Origin: a virus
Taxonomy: Duplodnaviria; Caudoviricetes
Length of the DNA stretch: 38,560 nucleotides
Strand: one strand, 5' to 3'
IMG/VR virus record: IMGVR_UViG_3300020044_005777
Location: 1 to 38,560 of that record
The notes below the pieces were generated by a model. The model was not told the DNA's origin and searched no databases. It saw only the letters and a program-made list of their open reading frames with translations. Below are positions 17,584 to 27,416 of the stretch, one piece after another; within the stretch, counting starts at the first letter, position 1, and each line of letters opens with the position of its first letter. A program made the position numbers and the translations under genes.

Positions 17584-18105
17584 TTACACTACATAAGATG
17601 CTTTAAAGGTAGTCCAAGTAGCCGAAGGGATTTCATTTGCTAGGGTAGTTTCCTGACCCTTAAATACAAGTTCATATCCGTTTCTATCAGCCATTGTAGT
17701 ACCAGTAGGAGCGTTAGATGGGTCTAATGCTAGTCCGTTATTTTGCCCGTAAAGGAACAATTTACCATTAGCTTGTTCAACTACGATAACTACGTTAGTT
17801 TGAGCAATAGCCATGATTTGATAAGCCAAGCTAGATTGTTTTTTGTTCATCATAATGTTAACCGTTTGGTCAACAAATAATGTACCTGCTTGACGATTAC
17901 CAGTTATAACTTCAACCGCATTAGCCACGTTTAGTTCTTGTTCGTAAGTATAGAACTTAGTAGAACCAGCCATTGTAATTGCACTGACAGCACCCGAAGC
18001 AGAAGTAACAGTAACATTACTTAGGTTAGCAATGTAAACTTTTTTAATCCCGCCTTGATTGTCTCTGCAATCATTTGAATAGCCTTGATATATTGCGCAA
18101 GCCAT
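17584..18105 (-). CDS. Major tail (tube) protein
   Basis: MAC...CRDNQGGIKKVY N-terminus, GTTMADRNGYELVFKGQE; follows capsid gene. Confidence 0.65.
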   Translation of the reverse strand: MACAIYQGYSNDCRDNQGGIKKVYIANLSNVTVTSASGAVSAITMAGSTKFYTYEQELNVANAVEVITGNRQAGTLFVDQTVNIMMNKKQSSLAYQIMAIAQTNVVIVVEQANGKLFLYGQNNGLALDPSNAPTGTTMADRNGYELVFKGQETTLANEIPSATWTTFKASYVV

Positions 18106-18120
18106 ATTAGTTATAAGTTT

Positions 18121-18143
18121 AAAAAGGGGGATTTTACTCCCCC
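18121..18143 (-). terminator. Intrinsic terminator after major capsid gene
   Basis: GGGGGA-GTAAAA-TCCCCC-TTTTT on - strand. Confidence 0.85.
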
Positions 18144-18148
18144 GTTAA

Positions 18149-19075
18149 TTATGCAGAAATGTATTTTACGATACGGTCAGGGAAGGCAATTTGAACTCCC
18201 ATCTTCCAAGACTTGTTGTAACGAATTACACGGTCATCTTTAGAAAACCAAAATTCAACTTTTTCTTCTTCCCCTTCAAGGTCAGTACCTACATACATAT
18301 TTTCCTTTTCCATGATGTAGATTTCTTTTTTACCTGAAAGACCATCAACACCAACGAATGGGATTGTAGTACCTTCAACATACAGGGTGTTTTCTGTACC
18401 CATGATGTGGTACATATTGTCTGTAATGTACTTTTGACGAAGTGTTACCAATTCAGCAGTACCAATAAATGCTACCACATCTGATTTAGTGAGCATCCAG
18501 TTTGCAGAAGCAGCAACAGCAGCACCAAGCGATTTAGACACGGTACGTGCGTTAGCTTCTGACCAAGCGGTTGAACCTGATGCACTACAAGCAATTACAC
18601 CTGATGCAGCACCGATAATAGTGCGGTAACCATCAAAATGTTTCAAATATTGGTCGCTTGAACTTGTGCTACCATTCCAAATAGCTTGTTCAATATAAGC
18701 CTTGTCATTGTTTTGCAATTTAGCAACAAATTCAGTTTCAAATGCCAATGATTCGTATTTAGAACCAGCACGAAGTTTTTGTTGTGTTGCCTTTGCTTCC
18801 AATGCTTTTTCGCACCACTCTAGGTCAATTTTAATATTACCTACGGTGATGGTGCGGTTAGTGATGGTAGTAGTACCTGATGCGTTAAACCCGCAAGAAG
18901 AATCTGATTGCCAAACACCACTCATGTTTAACAATTGCAATTTTTCTGCTGACTTAATGCCAGTCTGAATGTTGGGAATCAACGATAGGGTCTGACCTTC
19001 GCTGATTGTAGCGTAAATCAACTGTGTACCATTTTCTTTGGTATAGTTTGATAAGCCTGATACGTCGTATGCCAT
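18149..19075 (-). CDS. Major capsid protein
   Basis: 308 aa after protease and scaffold; IEQAIWNG...FDG, NMYVGTDL; own terminator. Confidence 0.85.
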   Translation of the reverse strand: MAYDVSGLSNYTKENGTQLIYATISEGQTLSLIPNIQTGIKSAEKLQLLNMSGVWQSDSSCGFNASGTTTITNRTITVGNIKIDLEWCEKALEAKATQQKLRAGSKYESLAFETEFVAKLQNNDKAYIEQAIWNGSTSSSDQYLKHFDGYRTIIGAASGVIACSASGSTAWSEANARTVSKSLGAAVAASANWMLTKSDVVAFIGTAELVTLRQKYITDNMYHIMGTENTLYVEGTTIPFVGVDGLSGKKEIYIMEKENMYVGTDLEGEEEKVEFWFSKDDRVIRYNKSWKMGVQIAFPDRIVKYISA

Positions 19076-19088
19076 TTTGTTTTAAATT

Positions 19089-19694
19089 TTAGCGATTAAT
19101 GAATTTTTCCAATCCGTTTTTCTTAGTTTGTTTTACTGGCTCGATTGGGTCGCCAGTTGGGATAGAAGCAAATGCAAGTACAGTTGGTACAAGTTCTTTC
19201 AAAAGGGTATTAGCCTTTGCAAGTTCAGCACTAACAGAACTAAGTTTTACTTCTAATTCTTTTTTGTCTGCTTCTGCTTTTTCAACATGAGCAGTGAATT
19301 GATTTGTCAATCCAGCGATAGCTTGTTCCATTGCGTTAGGTGCAGGAGGTACAACAGGTGCAGGAGGTACGTCAGGTAATGAAATTTCTGTAACCTTAGC
19401 AACGCCATCGGTAACCATTACTGATACCTTAGTGCCATCTGCCAATTCATGCTCACCTTGTGGTGCTGGCATTTCTCCATCGGGAGTAACTACCGTAACG
19501 ATAGACCCCACTGTTAATGTTGGTGTGTCGTACTTAATAACTGTTCCATCCATTAATTTAGATTCACCACCCATTGCAGTTGGAGCAGGGGCGGGAACAG
19601 GAGGAACAGGATTAGCCAACGCATCAAACGCAGTCTTTAACTTACCAAGTTGCTCGGCAGAAAAAGTTTGTTTAATTCTTTCTTGTAAAGTCAT
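19089..19694 (-). CDS. Scaffolding protein
   Basis: Between protease and capsid; PAPQGEHELADG, Pro-rich linkers, coiled coil. Confidence 0.7.
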   Translation of the reverse strand: MTLQERIKQTFSAEQLGKLKTAFDALANPVPPVPAPAPTAMGGESKLMDGTVIKYDTPTLTVGSIVTVVTPDGEMPAPQGEHELADGTKVSVMVTDGVAKVTEISLPDVPPAPVVPPAPNAMEQAIAGLTNQFTAHVEKAEADKKELEVKLSSVSAELAKANTLLKELVPTVLAFASIPTGDPIEPVKQTKKNGLEKFINR

Positions 19695-19710
19695 GTGATG
19701 CTTTTATATC

Positions 19711-19725
19711 AGTATATATCTGAAT
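19711..19725 (-). promoter_or_regulatory. Late-gene upstream motif ATTCAGATATATACT
   Basis: GATATATACT core upstream of scaffold ATG. Confidence 0.55.
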
Positions 19726-19735
19726 GTCTAAAATG

Positions 19736-20329
19736 TTACAAAACCGAATTAATAAGGTCTAATAATTGCGCCATTAGCTTTTCTTCTTCGCTCATTTGTG
19801 CTGGTACTTGATTGAAAAAACCTTCAACTGAAAAACCTTTGAACTGTCCCGTTTTTATAAAGTCGTTCCATATCTCATCATTCTCTACCTTGAACTCACC
19901 AAACCATGAACCATCAGGTATATGCTCAAATCCAATAGGAGGCATTATTCCACGCTCATGATTAATAATAAAGTCAGAGCGCATAAATATGTTAGGAAGC
20001 AACAACATTGATTCGTGCATTGGATTCACGTTCTTCTCATAGGAATTACGGTGAAACTTCTCAACAATCTTTTCAATTGTTGGCTTTTCAAATATTACAT
20101 TGAACTCTCCTTTTACTTCGTCCCTTCGATAAATAGGGGTATCTGCTAACATTAATGCGCCTGATACAATTCTTTTTTCCGTATTGGTTACTTCAAACTT
20201 AAAATGTTTTTGATTGTTAAAAGCAATCCAATCAACTTCGATAGCTGGTTTATCTACAAATGCTACTGCGGTTACTCCCGTTTCATCATTGTCGTTTATT
20301 TCCAACTTATATAGAGGTAGTGTACTCAT
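19736..20329 (-). CDS. Prohead protease (XkdF-like serine protease)
   Basis: VAFVDKPAI, EKRIVSGALMLAD, H, PDGSW, IKTGQFKGFSVEG; start at MSTLP. Confidence 0.85.
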   Translation of the reverse strand: MSTLPLYKLEINDNDETGVTAVAFVDKPAIEVDWIAFNNQKHFKFEVTNTEKRIVSGALMLADTPIYRRDEVKGEFNVIFEKPTIEKIVEKFHRNSYEKNVNPMHESMLLLPNIFMRSDFIINHERGIMPPIGFEHIPDGSWFGEFKVENDEIWNDFIKTGQFKGFSVEGFFNQVPAQMSEEEKLMAQLLDLINSVL

Positions 20330-20332
20330 GTT

Positions 20333-20345
20333 AGTATATATCAAT
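20333..20345 (-). promoter_or_regulatory. Late-gene upstream motif ATTGATATATACT
   Basis: Ends 3 nt before protease ATG; identical 13-mer at 27393-27405. Confidence 0.6.
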
Positions 20346-20362
20346 CAATTATTAATACTTCA

Positions 20363-22087
20363 TTAAGGAAAAGAAGCCTGTTTTTTTAGACGTGCAACCC
20401 TTTTCTGTGTTGAGGTAGCTTGTGTCTCTACAACCTCCGCTTTAACAACAACCTCTTTTCCAGTAACACCACCTTGTGAATTAAGCGTTGTTAGGCTTTG
20501 ATAATTAGGTGCAGTTGAATTAATTTGAGGGGTACTACCACTGCCTTGACCTCCTCCAGTGCTTACTGATGGTGCAGAAGAACCAGCACCTCCACCATCA
20601 AATTGTGTAGCTGCAATCTTAGCTATATTAGCAGCAGCAAGAGCAGCATTTAAACCAGCTAGTATCTGACCAGCAGGTGGAGGAACGGTTAGCGCAGCCT
20701 GAACGGAGCGAATACCATCAATGGTCGCACGGGCAATGCTTAACGCTTTATCAATCTCAAACTGTCTTTTTTTAATCTTTAATTCTTCCTCGCTACCCTT
20801 TTGAACTTTATTAAGTTGGAATGCAAAGAAAGCATCTGATAGCCCTTTAGCAGCATTTAATGACTGGTCTTGAATTTGAAGTTTAGCAGCAGCCAATTCT
20901 TTTTCTAGCTGCATTTCTTTCTCAAGGCGTTCCTTTTGCATTTGAATGCCCTCTTTAAATGCTTCTTCCTCTTTCTTTCTATAATACTCCTCCTCAACAT
21001 CTTTAGCGTGTTGCCTTTTTTCAGTAGCTTCCTGATTAATCTTATCTTGCTCCTCAACCGCTTGTTCAAACTCTTTAATAGATTCTTCGGTTAACTTCTT
21101 TTCATGCTCGGCTTTTTTCTTTGCTTCCTCCTCTGCTTTCTTTCTTGCTTCCTCTGCTTTTTTAGATTGCTCAACACGAAATGAAGCATCGAGAGAAAGA
21201 ATCTCATTATTAGTATCTAATACCTTTTGTACTAATTCATCGTACTCCTTCTGTTCATCCTCACTAAATTTTTTACCAATAGCCCTTTGTTTAGCTAGGC
21301 TATCCATCCTAGAAGCATCCGCATTTAATTTAGCTTTTAATGCTTCACGTTCTAAATTGTAAGTTTCTTTCCCTTGTGCTTTTAATAAATCAATTTCCCG
21401 CTTATACGCTTTTTGTCGTAATTCAGCACCTTGCATGGCTACTTTGGAGTACTTGTCCATCTTATCCGCAAGGTCATCCATAGCGAAGCTAGTTAGCCCC
21501 GTTTGGTCTAGGAAATCCTTTCCTAATTGAACTACAAACGATATTGCCTTACCAGCAGCCTCAAACGCTTTGCCTAAAAAAGCAATTTTATCTTTTAGCG
21601 CATAAGCAGCAACGCCAATGGATATAAGTACCGAAGCAATTAATAATATTGGATTAGCTTTAATAACTTGTCCTAGAATCTTAAATCCATCCGTTAGACC
21701 TGTTAAACTTTTTAACCCTTCTGCAAATGCGGTAGCTGCTTGGACTTTTAATAATACCTTTTGTACGTCCTCTCCTGATTTACCGAATAATGCTGCAGCA
21801 CCCGAGGCAGCCTGAAAGCCACCTGCTAATTTTTGAGCAATATTACTAAATGCTCCGATTTTACCTTCGGGATTAAGGGCGTTAATTGTGTCCCTTAAAT
21901 CGCCAATGTCATCCTTAACCGCACCTAGTTTTTGCAAGGTTTTAGAGTACTCCTCCGTACCTACCTTTGTATTAGATAGCTGTGTTTGAAGTTCTTTAAA
22001 TTCCTTTTTTAACTGTGATAAAGACTTAGCACCATTACCCGATGCGTCAATCTTTGCGTCAAATACTATTTCTTCTTTCTTTGCCAT
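20363..22087 (-). CDS. Tape measure-like protein
   Basis: Ala/Lys/Glu-rich helical, hydrophobic ANPILLIASVLI segment, long coiled coil, AAANIAKIAATQF. Confidence 0.75.
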   Translation of the reverse strand: MAKKEEIVFDAKIDASGNGAKSLSQLKKEFKELQTQLSNTKVGTEEYSKTLQKLGAVKDDIGDLRDTINALNPEGKIGAFSNIAQKLAGGFQAASGAAALFGKSGEDVQKVLLKVQAATAFAEGLKSLTGLTDGFKILGQVIKANPILLIASVLISIGVAAYALKDKIAFLGKAFEAAGKAISFVVQLGKDFLDQTGLTSFAMDDLADKMDKYSKVAMQGAELRQKAYKREIDLLKAQGKETYNLEREALKAKLNADASRMDSLAKQRAIGKKFSEDEQKEYDELVQKVLDTNNEILSLDASFRVEQSKKAEEARKKAEEEAKKKAEHEKKLTEESIKEFEQAVEEQDKINQEATEKRQHAKDVEEEYYRKKEEEAFKEGIQMQKERLEKEMQLEKELAAAKLQIQDQSLNAAKGLSDAFFAFQLNKVQKGSEEELKIKKRQFEIDKALSIARATIDGIRSVQAALTVPPPAGQILAGLNAALAAANIAKIAATQFDGGGAGSSAPSVSTGGGQGSGSTPQINSTAPNYQSLTTLNSQGGVTGKEVVVKAEVVETQATSTQKRVARLKKQASFP

Positions 22088-22530
22088 TACTTAGACCAAA
22101 AGTTTGTGCCATCGAAGTATATATCCTTTGGCGATAAATAAATTATATTAATACTCGAAGTACCATCAATGTCACCGGTATCAGGAACAACGGTAAGCGT
22201 ATTTAATTCAGAGGTTTTAATAACTACTATGTGCTTACTTGTTGAATAAACTGTTAGCGTTATATTGTTTAAACTTGTGTCACAAAAGTAAACAACCGTA
22301 TTAGGGTCTGAAGTTACTATTGTTGTTGTAGTTGTTACTGATAAAGGCTGAACGGCAATAGAAGCAGGTACTGAACAAGACACTTCTGTATTAGAAACCG
22401 TTAACGAATCTCTAATAATTGTTTGACCCGCATTACTTTCGTCATACTCTTTATTCTCAACACCAATTAATTGAATATCAATCGGTGGAGTGGTTACATT
22501 ACTGCATCCTAATAATATTGTTTTAGCCAT
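22087..22530 (-). CDS. Putative tail structural protein
   Basis: Thr/Ser-rich beta protein ending YFDGTNFW. Confidence 0.55.
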   Translation of the reverse strand: MAKTILLGCSNVTTPPIDIQLIGVENKEYDESNAGQTIIRDSLTVSNTEVSCSVPASIAVQPLSVTTTTTIVTSDPNTVVYFCDTSLNNITLTVYSTSKHIVVIKTSELNTLTVVPDTGDIDGTSSINIIYLSPKDIYFDGTNFWSK

Positions 22531-24895
22531 TGCCTGAACTGCTTGTTGTTCCTCCTATATAGTTACTATCTCCTCCAATTATCACTCCTCCACCATAATT
22601 CTGATTATTATATCCTCCACTGCCTCCAATATTATTAGATTGGTTAACGCTATTTTGTGAATTGACGTTAGAATTATTATTAGGCGTGAATGCTATTTGC
22701 GGTGCTAGTTTTAATAATTCAACTGTGCAAGTGGATGGATTTTGCGGGTCATAGTCTTTAATAGCATTGACAAAGTATTTAGTTCCTTCAATCCAAACTG
22801 GATAACGGAAGCTAAACGAGCCAATATCAACCGCATCTAAATAGACCTTCATTATAACTATTTTAGAATCTCTATCAGTAATTTGATAGATAAACTCTGA
22901 CCATCTTTCGTTAAATCGATTGTTGTCCGTGTAAGATTGTGCTGGTAAATTCCAGTAAATTACGTCAGGGATTCCGAAGTTTAAATCTAGTGTAGGATTA
23001 GCTGGGTCATCCACGTGACCGCAAAATGGATAAGTGCTTATAGCTACATTACTTGCATAATCATTGTAGTATAATCTTACTCCACCTACTGATTTTTGAC
23101 CACCAAAATACAATCGTCTAATATTTACCGCTTGTGGTACTCCTTCGGATTTATAGAATCGTGGGGCTACTATTGAGCCAGTCAAAGCTATTGGAGTAGC
23201 ACTAAAGCACAATTCAATCTTTTTCTCATCCTTTAAAAAGTCAGAATTAGTGTCGTACAAATAACGCCCGTACACATACCCGTAACTTTCCTGATATGAT
23301 TTATTATAGTAGTCAGAATCTGACTTATAAGTAAAATGATAGCGTTTTGCTTCTAGTTCACCCATTGGATAAATCTCGATAGGCTCATTAACATCCCGCT
23401 TACCATTCCAATCTTTATAAGTCGATAGAATGAAGTCAGCACGTGGCTCTAATATGTAGCGTTTAGGATTGTCTTTATCAACTTCGATATAAAGGTTTTC
23501 AGCCTTCATAACAGAAGTTAAAAAGTCTAATTGACTAATATTTTGAGGGATTGTGTTATTCATCACAACCATACCACCATAAGGCAAGTAGTTATTTTGA
23601 TAATCAAATGATACAAAAAACTCACTGTTAGGCTGTGTGCTTAATGTCAGAGATGCGCTACCGCTATTTACTGGACTACTAGATACATTTAAAAAAGTAA
23701 GCGTATGCCCCGTGCCAATGTATGAACGGCAACGTAATTTATCACCAGTGTTTAAATTATTAGTCCATTGTGTTACTGGCTCTGGCACGGTCAACTGTGA
23801 TGAACTTGAAATGGTTTGAGTAAATGTACTAATACCAATCATTGTCCATGTTGAACCACCATCTGTACTTTTTTGAATCGTGTTATAAATAACAATAGAC
23901 CCACTTACTTGCGTAGCCGTTGCTGGAAAGGTTACCGCACAATTAATTCGTGAAGTAAATGTTAATGCGTACTTAGCCGTTATTGGACAAGTATAAACCG
24001 AACCGCTAAAGTTTGAGCCAGTGTCGTAATATGGTGAACTTTCATCGTCAAATGTAATAGCACCTAAATCAGCAGAGGCTAAATTCCAAACTCCGCCCGA
24101 ACCAGTTGCAGTAGCCGTGCTTGTTGCAGTTGTAAAGCTAGAATTAATCCCTAAAAATGCCTCCTCTGCCCTTAATGTAGAACGGTCAACCCTTAACGCA
24201 GCTTCATTACAATCAGGTATAATAATTGACTTTTGATAAGTCGAAGAAAGATAATTAGAAGCAATAGAGTAACCCGCATCGCTTACAATTCTATGGATAT
24301 ACTCGTTTTCAAAAATAGCAGGTTTTAAATGCTCCAATACCCACGCATACCCAGAAGGAACACTAACCGTAGGTGTCATTCCATAATCAATAAACGGATA
24401 AACGTACCCGCTACCTAATGTTGGATTGAATAACCCCGAACCGTATGTTAATGTATGGTCTAGGTCGCTAAAATCTAAATCAGTTAAGTATAGATTGGCT
24501 ATATCTAAAAAAAGATTTGAATTACTGCCAACCAAAGCACATTCATACTTCACCGCTACATTAGTGCCGTCATCATTTTTAATGATTTTTAATAATTGTA
24601 AGTCGCCTTTAAATACCTCAATGTCGTTAACGTAATACCAGCATGGTGATTTTAAATTAGCATTGAAGTCTAATGATTCAAGGTTTATTTCATAGGCGTG
24701 TTCAAAGAATCTGTTTACGTCAGCATTTGCAGGTATTGTGATAGTCTTACTGTGGTCTGACTGTATTTTATCAGGCTCACGAACATCAGATACCGCATAA
24801 TTAACCGACACAGGTAATAATTCATCGAATGGGAATGATTCATCGAACTGAACTAAATTATCTCCCGAACTTCTAACGACTAATCTTGACTTCAT
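22523..24895 (-). CDS. Large tail tip / hub-like protein
   Basis: 790 aa; SDHSKTITIPA, YVYPFIDYG, internal beta-rich insertion. Confidence 0.7.
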   Translation of the reverse strand: MKSRLVVRSSGDNLVQFDESFPFDELLPVSVNYAVSDVREPDKIQSDHSKTITIPANADVNRFFEHAYEINLESLDFNANLKSPCWYYVNDIEVFKGDLQLLKIIKNDDGTNVAVKYECALVGSNSNLFLDIANLYLTDLDFSDLDHTLTYGSGLFNPTLGSGYVYPFIDYGMTPTVSVPSGYAWVLEHLKPAIFENEYIHRIVSDAGYSIASNYLSSTYQKSIIIPDCNEAALRVDRSTLRAEEAFLGINSSFTTATSTATATGSGGVWNLASADLGAITFDDESSPYYDTGSNFSGSVYTCPITAKYALTFTSRINCAVTFPATATQVSGSIVIYNTIQKSTDGGSTWTMIGISTFTQTISSSSQLTVPEPVTQWTNNLNTGDKLRCRSYIGTGHTLTFLNVSSSPVNSGSASLTLSTQPNSEFFVSFDYQNNYLPYGGMVVMNNTIPQNISQLDFLTSVMKAENLYIEVDKDNPKRYILEPRADFILSTYKDWNGKRDVNEPIEIYPMGELEAKRYHFTYKSDSDYYNKSYQESYGYVYGRYLYDTNSDFLKDEKKIELCFSATPIALTGSIVAPRFYKSEGVPQAVNIRRLYFGGQKSVGGVRLYYNDYASNVAISTYPFCGHVDDPANPTLDLNFGIPDVIYWNLPAQSYTDNNRFNERWSEFIYQITDRDSKIVIMKVYLDAVDIGSFSFRYPVWIEGTKYFVNAIKDYDPQNPSTCTVELLKLAPQIAFTPNNNSNVNSQNSVNQSNNIGGSGGYNNQNYGGGVIIGGDSNYIGGTTSSSGNG

Positions 24896-26106
24896 ACGGT
24901 TTGATAATGATTAGTGTGAGCGTATCTAAAGCGCATTGTAATCTGACTTAGTTTGTCATTAATCTTCTTTTTAACTTGGTAAGAATCAATAACGGGAATA
25001 ACTGGGACTAAATTTGTTGAACTACCTAAATCTAAATAAGCCAGTGGAGTGGTGGCCATTTGCTTGTATAACTCAAATTGTGCATCGGTTAGCCAATCAG
25101 TGTTCAATGTGAATGATTCTTGACTTTCGGTTATTAAAGCCTTTTCAGTAGGTGTAGTTACGCTATATGTTGCACTTGAACCATAAGTAAATGGAGTACG
25201 CTTATAAGTTGATTGGCTACGGCTTATCTCACTATCTGAACGCTTGGCAAAGTGGCACGTTTCAAATGCTCCCGATTTAGCTAAGAAATGAATTGAATTA
25301 ACCGTGTAGTTGCACTCCTGCTGAATGTAATAGGTTTTAATAATTGAATAAACATAAGTGCCCGGTGTTAATCCTGCGTTTTTATCCTCGACAGTATAAT
25401 AAGAACAGTTGTAAGGGATGATTGGATAAGTCCCCGATACTTCTCCGCTTGTTAATCCATTAAGACCTTTTAACCCTACGTCTATACTCCAATACCTATC
25501 TGAATAAGTACTAAACCCAGTATATCCATTTGCAATCTCGGACGTTCCTAATAGTCCACCTGATGAATCGTAAGTCTTAATCCTAAACGCTTTACAGTCG
25601 TTGTTATTGTAAGACAATAAATAGATAAAGTTAGACCTATCTGGATATGTAAACTCATCCGCAGTATGTGTAAGTAGTTTATGAGTGCTATCGTTATAAA
25701 GGTAATTGGCAGAAGAATAAGAAGGGTACTCCATATAACTTAATACTCCATTCCAAACTATATAATCAATATCAGAACCAGCATGATAAGCACCACCATA
25801 ATACTCGCCAATGTTTACTCTTATCTTTTTAATCCCTGCGTTTTTAAAGAAGTTGTATTGATTGTTAGGTATTGTGTGTCCTGCTCTATCAATGTACGTC
25901 TTGGCGAAGTTCTGTGCGTTAAAATGGCAACGACTATTTACGTCAGCAGAAGCAGTGAATTTAACAAACTCACCACTTTGAACATCCGTACAATAAATAA
26001 TAAACGCAAAGTCTGAATTGCTTGTCTGATTAGAAAAAGCAGTGAAGTATTGCGGTGAGTACGCTGGTGTATAACTAGCTGGTTGTTGTATTACTGATAC
26101 TGACAT
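24892..26106 (-). CDS. Tail protein (distal-tail-like)
   Basis: 404 aa; FLAKSGAFE, FTLNTDWL; upstream of the hub-like gene. Confidence 0.6.
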   Translation of the reverse strand: MSVSVIQQPASYTPAYSPQYFTAFSNQTSNSDFAFIIYCTDVQSGEFVKFTASADVNSRCHFNAQNFAKTYIDRAGHTIPNNQYNFFKNAGIKKIRVNIGEYYGGAYHAGSDIDYIVWNGVLSYMEYPSYSSANYLYNDSTHKLLTHTADEFTYPDRSNFIYLLSYNNNDCKAFRIKTYDSSGGLLGTSEIANGYTGFSTYSDRYWSIDVGLKGLNGLTSGEVSGTYPIIPYNCSYYTVEDKNAGLTPGTYVYSIIKTYYIQQECNYTVNSIHFLAKSGAFETCHFAKRSDSEISRSQSTYKRTPFTYGSSATYSVTTPTEKALITESQESFTLNTDWLTDAQFELYKQMATTPLAYLDLGSSTNLVPVIPVIDSYQVKKKINDKLSQITMRFRYAHTNHYQTV

Positions 26107-26648
26107 TATAACCCTTTAATAATTAAGATAAACTTCTCTCCCATTAACGGGACTAGTTTTTCTTTTAACTTGTTTATGTTTTGTTGATTGATAACTGAAT
26201 TTAAGTAAGGCTTAGGCTTAATCCCTTTAACTGATATTGACCTAGATACCATAAATGACAATTGCTTAGCTGCATTTGTGTAGGTTGGTAGTTTTTTAGA
26301 TTTAGAATACTTCTGAACTACTTTGCGAGGGTCAATGTTATTATTAACCATCCAGTCTGTACCGATTGCACCTGATGGTGGTCTTCTGCTTCCCTTTCTC
26401 CTTCCTTCTTCAATCCACTGCCAATAACTTGCATCTTTGCCATTACGTGATTTAGCGTAAACAGTACATACTACTCCGTTAGACCAAACAGATATATTAT
26501 TTACAAAGTGAAGTGCTGCATCCTGAACTTTAGAGCCACGTTTATTAATAGCCTTATTCATTTCGCTAGTTAGTTCGTCTGCCATATATTTACCCCAGTC
26601 GCTAACCGCTTGTTCTATCTGCCTTTGTATGTCTTTCGATGATGGCAC
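26106..26648 (-). CDS. Tail completion / neck protein (HK97 gp10-like)
   Basis: Basic protein; YWQWIEEGR, SISVKGIKPKPYL. Confidence 0.65.
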   Translation of the reverse strand: MPSSKDIQRQIEQAVSDWGKYMADELTSEMNKAINKRGSKVQDAALHFVNNISVWSNGVVCTVYAKSRNGKDASYWQWIEEGRRKGSRRPPSGAIGTDWMVNNNIDPRKVVQKYSKSKKLPTYTNAAKQLSFMVSRSISVKGIKPKPYLNSVINQQNINKLKEKLVPLMGEKFILIIKGL

Positions 26649-26905
26649 GTTGATTGTCTGCTAAATCCTTCCTAAATGCTAATTCGTTTAAAAATCCTAT
26701 CCAGTTTAAGTTTTCTAAAATGTATTCCTGCTCTGATATTTTACCATCCGTTATTTCGTGGAGTATTGCTTTCCATCCCCAGTATTCAGTGAATCCGCCC
26801 ACTCCATCACTTCCTCCATGTGATTCGTCAGTATCGTGTCCGCCTCCTTCGTAAAGGCGTTTATAACTCGCATCCACCTCTCCAATACGTTGGAGTAAAA
26901 AAAAA
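26602..26905 (-). CDS. -1 frame extension of tail assembly chaperone (T-like segment)
   Basis: Open in -1 frame from the T9 run; FTEYWGW...FLNELAFRKD. Confidence 0.6.
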
Positions 26906-27389
26906 GCGTACCACTAATATCCCCCATCTTTACGTGTTTGAACAATTCAGCATTTTTAGAATGGTTGATTGGGTCGTACTTAAACTTAAACCACTTTAAT
27001 GGCTTATAGATAGAGGCTAAGATTAAATGAGCATTTTGGATGGTTATTTCATCCTGCGTCTTATTCCCGATTGGCTTTAAGAATGTTTTAATATCAATTC
27101 CTTGTGCCGTTGATAAGTCGGTTATGGCTAATGTAGCCTTAAACACTTTGCCTTTAATACCAATATATTTTTTTGGCTTAGTGTTAATGTCGGGATTGGA
27201 TAAGAACTTTAATGAATTAGCGTATTTTATTAATTTATCCGCTGGTAAGTTTTCAATGTCCTCGACTGATTTATTAGACAGTATTGCAAGAATCTTAATC
27301 CATTTATCCTCATCCTTAGAATTTATTAGATTGTAGCATTCCTGATACTGACCTAGTGTAACATCATTGTATGATTTTGGTAATCTCAT
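26751..27389 (-). CDS. Putative tail assembly chaperone (G-like)
   Basis: LPKSYNDVTLGQYQ start; contains CTT TTT TTT TAC slippery site with overlapping -1 ORF. Confidence 0.6.
   Translation of the reverse strand: MRLPKSYNDVTLGQYQECYNLINSKDEDKWIKILAILSNKSVEDIENLPADKLIKYANSLKFLSNPDINTKPKKYIGIKGKVFKATLAITDLSTAQGIDIKTFLKPIGNKTQDEITIQNAHLILASIYKPLKWFKFKYDPINHSKNAELFKHVKMGDISGTLFFYSNVLERWMRVINAFTKEADTILTNHMEEVMEWADSLNTGDGKQYSTK
26897..26905 (-). other. Predicted -1 ribosomal frameshift site
   Basis: T TTT TTT in correct phase, followed by hairpin CTCCAA-CGTA-TTGGAG (26895-26880). Confidence 0.65.
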
Positions 27390-27392
27390 ACA

Positions 27393-27405
27393 AGTATATA
27401 TCAAT
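27393..27405 (-). promoter_or_regulatory. Late-gene upstream motif ATTGATATATACT
   Basis: Ends 3 nt before ATG 27389. Confidence 0.6.
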
Positions 27406-27416
27406 CCGTTAGGCTT

